Source of the DNA: Gaiellaceae bacterium
Lineage (GTDB): Bacteria; Actinomycetota; Thermoleophilia; Gaiellales; Gaiellaceae
DNA: 64,000 bases
Direction of reading: 5' to 3'
Assembly (NCBI GenBank): GCA_035764165.1
Contig: DASTZS010000028.1
Location: 20,522 to 84,521, forward strand
Under the pieces are notes generated by a model. That model did no database searches, had not been told where the DNA came from, and saw nothing but the letters and a program-made list of their open reading frames with translations. Both the position numbers and the translations under genes were made by a program. The stretch's first letter is position 1; each line of letters opens with the position of its first letter. Below, one piece after another: positions 7,362-17,093 of this stretch.

Positions 7362-8099
7362 ATGTCCAGACGCATCGTCATCGCGGCGGTCGTCGTGGTC
7401 GCGGGGCTCGTGGCCGCGATCGTCGCGTTCGCAGTCTCCCGCTCGACCTCGAACACGAGGACCGCGTCGCCACCGATCCCGACGTTGCCGCCGCCCGTCG
7501 ACTTCGTCGATCGGATCGACCATCCGTTCTTCCCGCTCGAGCCGGGAACGACGTTCACCTACACGGGCCAGTCCGACGGCGCGCCGCAGAAGGTCACGGT
7601 GCTCGTCACGCACAAGACGAAGACGATCCTCGGCATCGACGCGACGGTCGTCCTCGACCAGGTCTTGATTGACGGGAAGCCAGAGGAGAAGACCTGGGAC
7701 TGGTACGCCCAGGACTCAGACGGCAACGTCTGGTACCTCGGCGAGGACTCGTTCGACTACGTCAACGGCAAGTGGGTCCGCAGCGACGGCTCCTGGCAAG
7801 CCGGTGTCGACCGAGCGAAGGCGGGCATCATCATGGAGGCGCGCCCGCACGTCGGCGACGTGTACCGGCAGGAGTACTACGTCGGCCATGCCGAGGACAT
7901 GGCGAAGGTGATCGACACGAACGGAGCGGTGACCGTTCCCTTCGGCAGCTTCGACCATCCCTTCGCCACGAGCGAGTGGACGCCGCTGGAAAAGGGGATC
8001 GTCGAGCACAAGTACTACGCGCGTGGCGTCGGCAACGTGCGCACCGTGATGGTCAAGGGCGGTTCCGAGGACGAGCTGCTGCTCTCGGTCACCCACTAG
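7362..8099 (+). CDS. Hypothetical membrane-anchored/secreted protein
   Basis: 245 aa with an N-terminal TM helix IVIAAVVVVAGLVAAIVAFAV. The body is globular and composition is coding-like. I recognise no family. Confidence 0.65.
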   Translation: MSRRIVIAAVVVVAGLVAAIVAFAVSRSTSNTRTASPPIPTLPPPVDFVDRIDHPFFPLEPGTTFTYTGQSDGAPQKVTVLVTHKTKTILGIDATVVLDQVLIDGKPEEKTWDWYAQDSDGNVWYLGEDSFDYVNGKWVRSDGSWQAGVDRAKAGIIMEARPHVGDVYRQEYYVGHAEDMAKVIDTNGAVTVPFGSFDHPFATSEWTPLEKGIVEHKYYARGVGNVRTVMVKGGSEDELLLSVTH

Positions 8100-8802
8100 T
8101 ACGAGTCCAGATGCTGAGCTCGCCGACGCGGGTGTAACCGAGACGCAGGTAGATGGGTACGCCCTCCGGGCTCGGTGCGAGCACCGAGGGTAGGCCCGTT
8201 TCGGGCAGCATCGCTGCGCACGTCAGCGCCGTGCCGTAGCCGCGACGACGCGCGGACGCCACCACGGTCACGCCGAAGACGCCGACCGCATCCTCCGACG
8301 TGTAGCCCATCGCAGCTCCGACCGCGCGTCCGCCGACGCGGGCCGTGAACATCGCCATTCGAGGCTCGTCGAGGACCGAGGGCGGATGAATCGTGCCCGG
8401 AGGAATCGAGGCGCCCTCGTGCTCGAAGCCTTGCACGCTGACCGCCTCGAACTCCTCGACCTCGCGCTGGGTCGAAACGCGGACGATCTCGAGCTCGGGC
8501 GGGGCGGGTGCCGAGACCGGAGCGGGCTTGCGGAGGAACCACGGCTCGGTCCGCCAGACGCTGAAGCCGAACCGCTCGAGTGACAGCGACTGCCAGTTGT
8601 CGCAGACGCTTGCCGACGAGTCCAGGACCGCCTCCTGCCGCAGATCCGGCCGCAGCGTGATCGAGCTGAAGTACATCGCCGGCGGCCGGTCGAGCGCCCG
8701 CCACACGCCGGCGTCCGTCTCCCAGCGGAGTCCGAGTGCCGTCAGCCAGGCCGCATGCCAGTCCGCGACCGCGCCGGCGCAAAGCGCGACCGGATCATTC
8801 AT
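8089..8802 (-). CDS. GNAT-family N-acetyltransferase
   Basis: 237 aa. The acetyl-CoA binding segment is GVTVVASARRRGYGTALTCAAM. Confidence 0.7.
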   Translation of the reverse strand: MNDPVALCAGAVADWHAAWLTALGLRWETDAGVWRALDRPPAMYFSSITLRPDLRQEAVLDSSASVCDNWQSLSLERFGFSVWRTEPWFLRKPAPVSAPAPPELEIVRVSTQREVEEFEAVSVQGFEHEGASIPPGTIHPPSVLDEPRMAMFTARVGGRAVGAAMGYTSEDAVGVFGVTVVASARRRGYGTALTCAAMLPETGLPSVLAPSPEGVPIYLRLGYTRVGELSIWTRTSG

Positions 8803-8809
8803 GGGCGGA

Positions 8810-10186
8810 CTATGTACGCAGGACGACTTCGAGCGCGGTGCCGCGACCCGGCTTCGACGTGAGCGTGAAGCCGCCCTCGATCGTCTTCGTTCGCGCGCGG
8901 ATGTTCTTGAGCCCCTGGCCGGCCGCCGCGGATTCGCCGTCGAACCCGTCGCCGTCGTCGCGCACCGAGACGAACCGCTCCTCCTCGCGCAGCCCGATCA
9001 CGACCTCCGCCCGTCTGGCGTTTGCGTGCTTGCGGACGTTGCCGAGACCCTCCTGCACGATGCGGAAGACCTCGATCTGCTCGTCGGGAGCGAGGCGGAC
9101 GTTCGGGTCGATCTCGAGATCGACCTCGAGCTCGCCGTCGGCGGTAAGGAACTCGATGTAGCGGCGCAGTGCCGCGTCGAACGGCGCGTTGCCGGCAGCG
9201 GTCGAGAGCGCCAGGATCGCGAACCGCGCTTCCTGCTGCGCGGCATCCGCGGCCTCCTTCAGCTTCGCGAGCGTCTCTTCCTGCGGCGCACCACGCTGCA
9301 GCATCGTCGCGTGGGTCGAGACGGCGAAGAGGTACTGGGCAAGGCCGTCGTGGATCTCGCGTGCCACGCGGGCACGCTCTTCCGCGACGGCACGGCCGAA
9401 CTCGGCGAAGCTGATCGCGCGCCACGCGCCGGCGAGGAGGAGCCCGTACGCCAGCAGGCGCAAGGCGTCACCGCGGGAGACCGAGCCCGCGGCCAGGACC
9501 GGCGTGAACACGTAGTGCAGCGACGCGAACAACATCAGCGTCGAGCCGAGCGCCAGCCAGCGGTCCAGGTCCTCCCGGCGCTCGTAGAAGCGCTTGCCGA
9601 AACCCACGACGCCGAGCAGGTTCAGCAGGGCCTGTGCGGCGAGCGAGCCGGTGAGGAGGCCCGGCGTCTCCGAATGAGGGTCGATCGGCGGGAGCGTCCC
9701 GGCAGAGGACCGCAGCGCGAACCAGATGAATCCGAGCGCAAGAGAGGCCGCGACGATTGTGTTCGCGAGCGCGCGGGGACCCGAACGCCCACGCACGAAC
9801 GGGGCCGCGGCCACCAACGCCCAACCCAGCAGCCGTCCGATCACCCCTGCCCAGGCCTCCGACCGGTGGAGCGGCTGCCCGCCGACGAGCGGCGCGACGC
9901 CGAAAGCCCCGATCGAGAGCGACAGGACGAAGAAGCCGGTGCAGAGCAGGAGGTCGAGACGCCGGCCCTCCACCGCGAACCGGATGCCGGCGAGCAGCGC
10001 GATGAGCCCGCCGGCCAAGGTCATGACCGTCTGGAGGACGAGCCCGAGCTGTGGCAGCGAGAATCTGGTCTGCAGGTCGGTGTTCGAGAGGAAGAGGGCG
10101 AGCGAGGAGCCGAGCAGCCCGAAGAGGAGGATCTCTCCCCACAGCCAGGCCTGGAAGTCGTCTCTGCCGTCTTGTCGCACGTTCAC
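8810..10186 (-). CDS. Sensor histidine kinase, NarL-partner type (HisKA_3), multi-TM sensor
   Basis: H-box ARVAREIHDGLAQYLFAV plus an HATPase_c tail. The ORF extends to GTG 10228, but its first 14 codons have A/T-rich third positions. I therefore prefer GTG 10186. Confidence 0.8.
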   Translation of the reverse strand: MNVRQDGRDDFQAWLWGEILLFGLLGSSLALFLSNTDLQTRFSLPQLGLVLQTVMTLAGGLIALLAGIRFAVEGRRLDLLLCTGFFVLSLSIGAFGVAPLVGGQPLHRSEAWAGVIGRLLGWALVAAAPFVRGRSGPRALANTIVAASLALGFIWFALRSSAGTLPPIDPHSETPGLLTGSLAAQALLNLLGVVGFGKRFYERREDLDRWLALGSTLMLFASLHYVFTPVLAAGSVSRGDALRLLAYGLLLAGAWRAISFAEFGRAVAEERARVAREIHDGLAQYLFAVSTHATMLQRGAPQEETLAKLKEAADAAQQEARFAILALSTAAGNAPFDAALRRYIEFLTADGELEVDLEIDPNVRLAPDEQIEVFRIVQEGLGNVRKHANARRAEVVIGLREEERFVSVRDDGDGFDGESAAAGQGLKNIRARTKTIEGGFTLTSKPGRGTALEVVLRT

Positions 10187-10230
10187 TCTTGTCGGCAGAT
10201 CCCCGACGACCGATAAGCGTTGAAACACTG

Positions 10231-10875
10231 ATGGCTGAGCGAATCCTCATCGTCGACGACCACCCGCTGACCCGTTCGGCCCTGGCGGGCCTGCTCAGGC
10301 AACACGACTTCGACGTGGTCGCGGAGGCGGCCGACGGCGAGGAGGCGATCGAACAGGCGGGGGCGCTCCAGCCCGACCTGATCCTGCTCGACCTCTCGAT
10401 GCCGGGACTCGACGGGCTCTCTGCACTGCCGCGCCTCCGTGACGCCGCCCCGGAGTGCGAGGTCGTCGTGCTGACGGCGTCGGGAACCGAGGAGAATTTG
10501 CTCGGCGCGATCCGCGGCGGAGCCGCCGGCTACCTGCTCAAGAGCGAGCCGCCCGAGCGGATCGTCGATTTCCTCCGAGGGGTTGCGCAGGGAGAGGCGG
10601 CTCTCTCGGGCGCGGTCGCGCGAAGGCTGCTCGAGCAGGTGCGTTCGGGCCGGGGTCGGGGGTCGGGTGTGCCCGACTCGATTGCCGCTGCGCTCTCGGC
10701 CCGCGAGCTCGAGGTGCTCCTCCTCCTGGACGAGCATCTCGCGACGGAGGAGATCGCCAGGCGCCTCTTCATCTCCGAACACACGGTTCGCTCGCACGTG
10801 AAGAGCCTGCTCAGGAAGCTCGGCGTCTCCTCCCGCCGTGAGGCGCTCGAGGCGCTCTCGGTCGCCCGGGGCTGA
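10231..10875 (+). CDS. Response regulator, NarL/LuxR family
   Basis: The start is MAERILIVDDHPLTRSAL (the ORF-track frame opens earlier). It has a receiver domain plus a C-terminal LuxR HTH (LSARELEVLLLLDEHLATEEIARRLFISEHTVRSHV). Confidence 0.9.
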   Translation: MAERILIVDDHPLTRSALAGLLRQHDFDVVAEAADGEEAIEQAGALQPDLILLDLSMPGLDGLSALPRLRDAAPECEVVVLTASGTEENLLGAIRGGAAGYLLKSEPPERIVDFLRGVAQGEAALSGAVARRLLEQVRSGRGRGSGVPDSIAAALSARELEVLLLLDEHLATEEIARRLFISEHTVRSHVKSLLRKLGVSSRREALEALSVARG

Positions 10876-11024
10876 CTCACCCATCGTGGGTGATGCCCTT
10901 CCCCCGGCGCGGGCGATGCCTTCGGCGGGGCGGCCTGCCGATACTCCACTCGTAAGGTTTGATGACGCTCCCTCGGAGCGAACGTGGCGAATCAACCTGA
11001 TGGCGTTCGTTCGACGGCCGGCTC

Positions 11025-11885
11025 TCAGCCGGTCGTCGCGTTTCCCGACGAGAAGCCCTCCAGTGCAGCCCCGACGAGGCCCGGCAGCGTCTCGAGGTTG
11101 TAGCCGCCCTCGAGCACGGCCGCGATCCGCGGCGCGAGTGCGGTGCAGAGCCTGCTCAGCTCGCGGAACCCCTCGGCACTGACGCGCATGTGCGCGAGTG
11201 GGTCCTCGACGTGCGCGTCGAAGCCGGCCGAGACGAGGAGGAGGTCGGGAGCGAACTGCGCCACCGCGGGCATGACCGTGTCCTCGAACACGTCGAGGTA
11301 CTCCTCGTCGCCCGCGCCCGCGCTCAGCGGGATGTTCAACGTCGTCTCGTTCTGCTCGTCCGGTCCGCCGCTGCCCGGATAGAACGGCCACTGGTGGAGC
11401 GAGACGAAGAAGACGCTCTCGTCGTCCCAGAAGATCTCCTGTGTTCCGTTGCCGTGGTGGACGTCGTAGTCGACGATTGCGACGCGGTCGCCGTCTGCCT
11501 GTGCGGCGCGTGCTGCGACGGCCACGTTGTCGAAGATGCAGAAGCCCATTGCACGGCTGCTGAGCGCGTGGTGTCCCGGTGGCCGGACGAGCGCGAAGCC
11601 ACCAGTCCGCGCCGCTTCGATCGCGGTGCCTGCCGCGAGGAACGCCGCCTCGGCCGTCGTCCCCGTCGCCGGCGTGTCGGGATCGAGCCACGTCAGCTCG
11701 TGGACGGCGAGGACGTGTTCGACGTGTGAGGCCGTGTGGCACCGCAGGACTTCCTCCTTCGTCGCGGGCCTGCCTTCACGCCACTCCGGGAAGGCTCGCA
11801 GCAGCTCGACGAGACGCTCGGTGGACTCGGGGTGGCCGAAGGTCGGATGCAGGCGCGCGAGCGCTGGATGCGTCAGGACGTCGAT
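11025..11885 (-). CDS. Histone deacetylase/acetoin-utilization (HDAC) family protein; start codon non-canonical
   Basis: Motifs RPPGHHA, GFCIFDNVA and DYDVHHGNGTQ are present. The track ORF starts at ATG 11549, downstream of the catalytic GHH. The conserved N-terminal 112 residues have no ATG/GTG/TTG. I place the start at ATC 11883-11885 behind an AGGAG (see findings). Confidence 0.7.
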   Translation of the reverse strand: MDVLTHPALARLHPTFGHPESTERLVELLRAFPEWREGRPATKEEVLRCHTASHVEHVLAVHELTWLDPDTPATGTTAEAAFLAAGTAIEAARTGGFALVRPPGHHALSSRAMGFCIFDNVAVAARAAQADGDRVAIVDYDVHHGNGTQEIFWDDESVFFVSLHQWPFYPGSGGPDEQNETTLNIPLSAGAGDEEYLDVFEDTVMPAVAQFAPDLLLVSAGFDAHVEDPLAHMRVSAEGFRELSRLCTALAPRIAAVLEGGYNLETLPGLVGAALEGFSSGNATTG

Positions 11886-11898
11886 CGGCGGATCGCTC

Positions 11899-12732
11899 CT
11901 ATGTCGCTGCGGCGGCGATCCTGTCCGCCTGGGCGTTCAGGCCGAGCTGCCTGGCGAAGGTGGACGCCTCCGCCCATTGCGGCGTCTGATCTTCGAGGGG
12001 AGGTAGGGGGGCGGAGGCGTCCAGTGTCGCCATTCGCCGGTACATCCGAAGTTCCTCCGCCTGCGCCTCGAAGCGCCCGGCCTCGAGCATCGCCGCCAGC
12101 GTCCCGTACTCGGCCAGCAGGCTCGCTGCCGTCTTCGGGCCGACGCCGCGGGCGCCCGGGAGCTTGTCCGAAGGGTCCCCGCGCAGCGCGATGAAGTCCG
12201 GCACCTGCTCGGGCTCGACGCCGTAGCGTTCCCGCACCTCCGCGGGGCCGACGCGCGCGAGCTCGCTCACGCCCCTCGTCGGCTGCAGGATCGTGGTGTG
12301 GTCGCTCGCGAGCTGGAAGGCGTCCCGGTCCGAGGTGACGACGAGCGCCGTGCCCCCACGCTCCTCTTCCTCGTGGACGCCCGCGGCGAGGAAGTCGTCG
12401 GCCTCGTACCCGGCGCCCTTTGCGCTGGCGAAGCCGAACGCGCGCACGAAGTCGGGCAGGATCTCGAGCTGGTCGAGGATCTCCTGGTCGAACTCGCGGC
12501 CCCCCTGGTAGCCGGCGAAGAGCTCGTGGCGGTACGTCGGGACGAACAGCGTGTCCCAGCCGACGAGCACCGCCCTCGGTGCTTCGGCCTGCCAGAGCCG
12601 TAGGAGGAAGTTGGAGAAGCCGATCAGGGCATTGCTCGGCTTTCCGTCGGCCCGCCGCAGCGACTTCGGCAGGGCGTGGTAGGCGCGGTGGGTCAGCGAG
12701 TCACCGTCGATCACGAGGAGCGGCCGCGTCAC
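11899..12732 (-). CDS. 5'-3' exonuclease (Pol I N-terminal domain-like, FEN family)
   Basis: 277 aa with LLVIDGDSLTHRAYHAL, a GYEADD acidic cluster and a helix-hairpin-helix region. Confidence 0.85.
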   Translation of the reverse strand: MTRPLLVIDGDSLTHRAYHALPKSLRRADGKPSNALIGFSNFLLRLWQAEAPRAVLVGWDTLFVPTYRHELFAGYQGGREFDQEILDQLEILPDFVRAFGFASAKGAGYEADDFLAAGVHEEEERGGTALVVTSDRDAFQLASDHTTILQPTRGVSELARVGPAEVRERYGVEPEQVPDFIALRGDPSDKLPGARGVGPKTAASLLAEYGTLAAMLEAGRFEAQAEELRMYRRMATLDASAPLPPLEDQTPQWAEASTFARQLGLNAQADRIAAAAT

Positions 12733-13343
12733 AGGTTCTCACCAAGCCGCTCGATCTCGGCCATCAAGCGGTCGGTCGCCACGCGCGCGGCAGCCGACTC
12801 GTCCAGGTCCTTCAGGTCCTCGACCGGGATCGGCTTGCCGTAGCGGACGCGCAGAGGGCCGAGGCGCGAGAGTCGGTCGGTCCCGGAGATCGCGGCGGGG
12901 ACGAGCGGGACTCCCGCCTCGAGCGCGATGCGCGCGGCACCCGTGTGCGACTTCGGCTGGTAACGCTTGACGAGGCCCTTTCGCTCCCGCGTTCCCTGAG
13001 GGAACATCGCGACGACCCCACCCGCCCGCGTCAGGTCGACGGCAGTCGCCATGGCCTCCACGTCCTGCTGACCACGCCGCACCGGGAAGCCGCCGCCGGC
13101 GGTGATGATCAGTCCGAGCGGCCACCAGTAGAGCTCGGACTTCGCCATGAAGCGCAGGAACCGGTCGGGCCAGAGCGGCAGCCCGAGCGGCCAGGGGTCG
13201 AAGTTCGAGACATGGTTGGCGGCGAGCACGAAGCCGCCTTCGGCGGGGAGGTTGTCCCGGCCCTCGGCACGAAGTCGAAACAGGCCCTTGACCACCGGCC
13301 AGGAGACCATGGCAACCGTCGAGTAGAAGGGACTCGGCCGCAT
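12729..13343 (-). CDS. plsC: 1-acyl-sn-glycerol-3-phosphate acyltransferase
   Basis: 204 aa with the NHVSNFD (HX4D) and FPQGTR motifs. There is a 4-nt overlap with the downstream exonuclease gene. Confidence 0.8.
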   Translation of the reverse strand: MRPSPFYSTVAMVSWPVVKGLFRLRAEGRDNLPAEGGFVLAANHVSNFDPWPLGLPLWPDRFLRFMAKSELYWWPLGLIITAGGGFPVRRGQQDVEAMATAVDLTRAGGVVAMFPQGTRERKGLVKRYQPKSHTGAARIALEAGVPLVPAAISGTDRLSRLGPLRVRYGKPIPVEDLKDLDESAAARVATDRLMAEIERLGENL

Positions 13344-13387
13344 CCCACCAAAATATCCCGGCCCGGGCCCGGCTCGAGGGGGCCGCT

Positions 13388-15712
13388 ATGGTGTTTTCCA
13401 TGGCCAAGACGCTCGTCATCGCAGAAAAGCCTTCCGTCGGCCGCGATCTCGCGGGCGCGCTGGACGGTGTCTTTCAGCGTCGCAAGCTCGACGACATCAA
13501 GCCGAAGCGTGGCAAGAAGAAGGCGGAAGAGCCGACGAACGAGGAGGTCGTCGAGGCGGCGAAATCGAAGACCAAGACGCGGACGACCCGCGACGAAGCC
13601 GTCTTTCTCGAGTCCGACGACTACATCATCACCTGGGCCGTCGGCCACCTCGTCCAGCTCGCCGAACCGGAGGAGTACGACGAGAAGTGGAAGAAGTGGC
13701 GGATGGCCGACCTGCCGATCGTCCCGCCGAACGGCTTCAAGCTCGTTCCGCGCGACGCGAAGTCGAAGAAGCAGCTGAAGCTGATCGAGACGCTCCTCAA
13801 GCGAGAGGACGTCGACAAGATCATCAACGCCTGCGACGCCGGCCGCGAGGGCGAGCTCATCTTCGCGTACGTGTACGAGTCGGTCTTCGGCAAGTCGGCG
13901 ACGAGCCCGAAGGCTCCAAAGCCCGTCGAGCGCCTCTGGATCTCGTCGATGACGAAGCAGGCGATCAGGGAAGGTTTCGAGAAGCTCCGCCCGGGCCCCC
14001 AGATGCAGTCATTGGAGGAAGCGGCCCGCTCACGCTCCGAGGCGGACTGGCTCGTCGGCATGAACGCGACCCGCGCAGCGACGATTCGCGGGCGCGCCTG
14101 GGTCGGTGGCGTCGTCTCGCTCGGCCGCGTGCAGACGCCGACCCTGGGCATGATCGTCAAGCGCGAGCAGGAGATCCAGGCGTTTGTGCCCGAGCCCTAC
14201 CGGCTCATCCACGCGACCTTCCAGCCTCCGTATCAGGGGCTCTGGTTCGAGGGCGACGAGACGCGGATCTTCGGCGCGCTATCGCGCGCCGACGAGATCG
14301 TCCAAAAGGTCTCGGGCTCCGACGGCGTTGTCGAAAAGGTCGAACGAAAAGAACAGTCCGAGCGCGCGCCGCTCCTCTACGACCTCACCTCGCTCCAGCG
14401 CGATGCGAACCGCCGCTACGGCTTTTCCGCCAGGCGCACGCTGCAGGCCGCGCAGTCCCTGTACGAAGGCAAGAAGGCGATCACCTATCCCCGTACGTCG
14501 TCGCGTTTCCTCTCGGGGGACATGGTCGCCCAGCTGAAGCCGACCGCCGCGACGCTGCAGCCGATCGAGGACTACCGCAAGGCCGCCGAGTACGTGCTCG
14601 CGCTCGACCAGCTTCCGCTCGGCCGCGTCGTCAACGACGCGAAGGTCGACGACCACCACGCGATCATCCCCACGGACATCGAGAAGGACCTGGCGGCGTT
14701 TTCGCCCGACGAGCGCCGCGTGTTCGACCTGATCGCAAAGCGCTTCCTCTCCGTCTTCCATCCGCCGGCGCGATACGCGCGCACCACCGTGATCACGATC
14801 GTGGAGGAGGAGCGGTTCCGGACGCGCGGCAAGATCACGCTCGAGGCGGGTTGGCGCTCGGTCTACGGCATCGAGCCCGACCACGAGCGGCAGTCGGAGG
14901 ACGAGTCCGAGGGCGGGGAGATTCCGGCGCTCCAGCAGGGTCAGACTGTGCGCTGCATCGCGGCCGAGATCGAGGACAAGATGACGAAGCCGCCGCCTCG
15001 CTACACAGAGGCGACGCTCCTCTCGGCTATGGAGGGCGCCGGCAAGCTCATCGATGAGGAGGAGCTGCGCGAGGCGATGAAGGACTCCGGCCTCGGCACC
15101 CCGGCCACGCGCGCGGAGACGATCGAGACGCTGATCCGGCGGGAGTACATCGAGCGGGTCGGCAAGGACCTACAGGCGACGCCGAAGGGGATTCAGGTCG
15201 TCACCATGCTCGAGGACCACAAGCTGACCTCTCCCGAGCTCACGGGTGACTGGGAGCACAAGCTTTCCGACATCGAGCACGGCCGCGGCGATCGCAAGAA
15301 GTTCATGAAGGGAATCGCGGACTTTGCGAAGGAAACCGTCGACCAGATCGCGGCCCTGGACAAGGAGAAGCTCCGCCCCGTGCGGGTGGAGCTCGGCCCT
15401 TGCCCACGCTGTGGCGCGGAGACCGGCGAGATCATCAAGGAGAACTCGAAGGCCTACGGCTGCACGAGCTGGAAGAGCCGGGAGGAGGTCGGCTGCGGTT
15501 TTGTGATTTGGAAACGGGTCGCCGGCCGGACGCTGACGCCCGAGATCGCCCGTCAGCTGATCGAGGAACGTCGGACCCGCGAAGTACTCTCCGGCTTCCG
15601 GTCGCGGAACGGCAAACCTTTTCGTGCCCGGCTCGTCTTGAACGACGAGGACAAGATCGAGTTCGAGTTTCCGGTTCGCGCGCAACCCAAAGAGCCCGCG
15701 GCGACGGAATAA
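13388..15712 (+). CDS. topB: DNA topoisomerase III (type IA)
   Basis: 774 aa. The Toprim start is KTLVIAEKPSVGRDLA, followed by WAVGHL, a type IA core and a C-terminal zinc ribbon CPRCG...CGFVIWK. An alternative start is ATG 13400. Confidence 0.85.
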   Translation: MVFSMAKTLVIAEKPSVGRDLAGALDGVFQRRKLDDIKPKRGKKKAEEPTNEEVVEAAKSKTKTRTTRDEAVFLESDDYIITWAVGHLVQLAEPEEYDEKWKKWRMADLPIVPPNGFKLVPRDAKSKKQLKLIETLLKREDVDKIINACDAGREGELIFAYVYESVFGKSATSPKAPKPVERLWISSMTKQAIREGFEKLRPGPQMQSLEEAARSRSEADWLVGMNATRAATIRGRAWVGGVVSLGRVQTPTLGMIVKREQEIQAFVPEPYRLIHATFQPPYQGLWFEGDETRIFGALSRADEIVQKVSGSDGVVEKVERKEQSERAPLLYDLTSLQRDANRRYGFSARRTLQAAQSLYEGKKAITYPRTSSRFLSGDMVAQLKPTAATLQPIEDYRKAAEYVLALDQLPLGRVVNDAKVDDHHAIIPTDIEKDLAAFSPDERRVFDLIAKRFLSVFHPPARYARTTVITIVEEERFRTRGKITLEAGWRSVYGIEPDHERQSEDESEGGEIPALQQGQTVRCIAAEIEDKMTKPPPRYTEATLLSAMEGAGKLIDEEELREAMKDSGLGTPATRAETIETLIRREYIERVGKDLQATPKGIQVVTMLEDHKLTSPELTGDWEHKLSDIEHGRGDRKKFMKGIADFAKETVDQIAALDKEKLRPVRVELGPCPRCGAETGEIIKENSKAYGCTSWKSREEVGCGFVIWKRVAGRTLTPEIARQLIEERRTREVLSGFRSRNGKPFRARLVLNDEDKIEFEFPVRAQPKEPAATE

Positions 15713-15838
15713 CAAAGGGCGCGGTCTCGTTGCTGGTTTGAAGCCCCTCAGGGACGCTTCTCCCTGGAAAGAAGAGGGAATTCGACCTACAGTGCGAAGG
15801 TTGGCCGCAGATCACAAAGTAGGATTCGAAAGGGACAC

Positions 15839-16921
15839 TTGACACAAAATCAGCTGCACGAACTGCTTGATTCCGACCAGGCCAAGGCGCTCGTCGAGGG
15901 CGCGGAGGAGCGGGGCCACCTCGAAGCCGCCGAGCTCGAGGCGTTCGCGCTCGAGCACGATTTGAACGACGCCGAGATCGAGGAGGTGACCCGCGAGCTC
16001 GAGCGGATCGGGCTCGAGGTGCGCCAGCCCGAGGGCGAGGCGAAGGAGAAGGAAGCGGAGAAGGAGGAGAAGCCCGAGAAGCCGGCCGAGACCCATACCC
16101 TCTCCGGCTCCGCCGACAGCCTCCAGCTCTTCCTCGCCGACGTCGGCCGCCACAAGCTGCTCACCGCCGCGGAGGAGGTCACCCTCGCCAAGGCGATCGA
16201 GCGGGGCGACCCCGTCGCCAAGCGGCGCATGATCGAGTCGAACCTGCGGCTGGTCGTCTCCATCGCCAAGGGCTACCGGGGCCTCGGCGTCCCCTTCCTG
16301 GACCTGATCCAGGAGGGCACGCTCGGCCTGAACCGCGCGGTCGAGAAGTTCGACTGGCGGCGTGGCTACAAGTTCTCGACGTACGCGACCTGGTGGATCC
16401 GCCAGTCCGTCCAGCGTGCCGTCGCCAACCATGCCCGGACGATCCGCGTGCCCGTCCACGTGGTCGAGCGGCAGCAGAAGCTTTCACGGGCGGCCCGCCG
16501 GCTCGAGGTCGAGCTCGGCCGGGAAGCGACGAAGGAGGAGCTCGCCGAGGCGACCGGCCTCCCGATCCAGCACGTCGACGAGGCGCTCGGCGCCGCGCAG
16601 GCCTCGGTCTCCCTGAACCAGACGGTCGGCGCGGACGATGAGGGCGAGCTGGGCGACCTGTTCGCCGACCGCGAGGCGGCCGACCCGTTCGACGAGGCGG
16701 AGGAGTCGCTCCGGCGCCAGGGAGTTCGCCGGGCGCTCGACGCCCTGCCCGAGCGCGAGCGGCGTATTCTCGAGCTTCGCTTCGGTTTCGAGGGCGAGCC
16801 CTGGACGCTCGAGGCGATCGGCCACGAGCTCGACCTGACCCGCGAGCGGGTCCGGCAGCTCGAAGGCCAGGCCCTCGCGCGACTCTCGGCTCTTCGAGAT
16901 CTCATCTCTCTCGCCGCCTAG
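15839..16921 (+). CDS. RNA polymerase principal (group 1) sigma-70 factor
   Basis: 360 aa with an acidic region 1.1. Region 2 is [61 protein letters not shown]. Region 4 is a HTH. It has a TTG start after AAGGGA. Confidence 0.9.
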   Translation: MTQNQLHELLDSDQAKALVEGAEERGHLEAAELEAFALEHDLNDAEIEEVTRELERIGLEVRQPEGEAKEKEAEKEEKPEKPAETHTLSGSADSLQLFLADVGRHKLLTAAEEVTLAKAIERGDPVAKRRMIESNLRLVVSIAKGYRGLGVPFLDLIQEGTLGLNRAVEKFDWRRGYKFSTYATWWIRQSVQRAVANHARTIRVPVHVVERQQKLSRAARRLEVELGREATKEELAEATGLPIQHVDEALGAAQASVSLNQTVGADDEGELGDLFADREAADPFDEAEESLRRQGVRRALDALPERERRILELRFGFEGEPWTLEAIGHELDLTRERVRQLEGQALARLSALRDLISLAA

Positions 16922-16950
16922 TAGCGGGCCGAGAACCCTGATCGGACAGT

Positions 16951-16973
16951 GAGGGCGCCCGGAGGGCGCCCTC
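16951..16973 (+). terminator. Hairpin GAGGGCGCCC-GGA-GGGCGCCCTC after the sigma gene
   Basis: Perfect 10-bp GC stem 30 nt after the stop. The U-tract is weak (AATCGTTCT). Confidence 0.5.
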
Positions 16974-17093
16974 AATCGTTCTGGGCGACGTCCATCGTTT
17001 TCGAGGTAAATGCGTCATAGCTTGAGGAAGGCTTTACCTTCTGTTCATACTTGTGCGTCCGCCTGGAGAGGCGGGACGACGAAAGGAGTTTGG

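Noticed and set aside
8393-10216. 607-aa plus-strand ORF, one of several very long ORFs (also 10183..11742 minus, 12420..13778 plus, 21876..22979 minus, 23186..24550 minus, 49027..51480 minus).
   Set aside because: All lie antisense to, or frame-shifted within, genes with clear family motifs. Their products are dominated by Arg/Pro/Ala/Gly. This is the usual stop-codon-poor shadow-ORF artefact of high-GC DNA.
10180-10233. Histidine kinase and response regulator start codons apparently only 2 nt apart, back to back.
   Set aside because: The first 14 kinase codons have A/T-rich third positions, and two in-frame GTGs follow (10186 and 10180). A later start gives an ordinary, compact divergent promoter region of about 45 bp.
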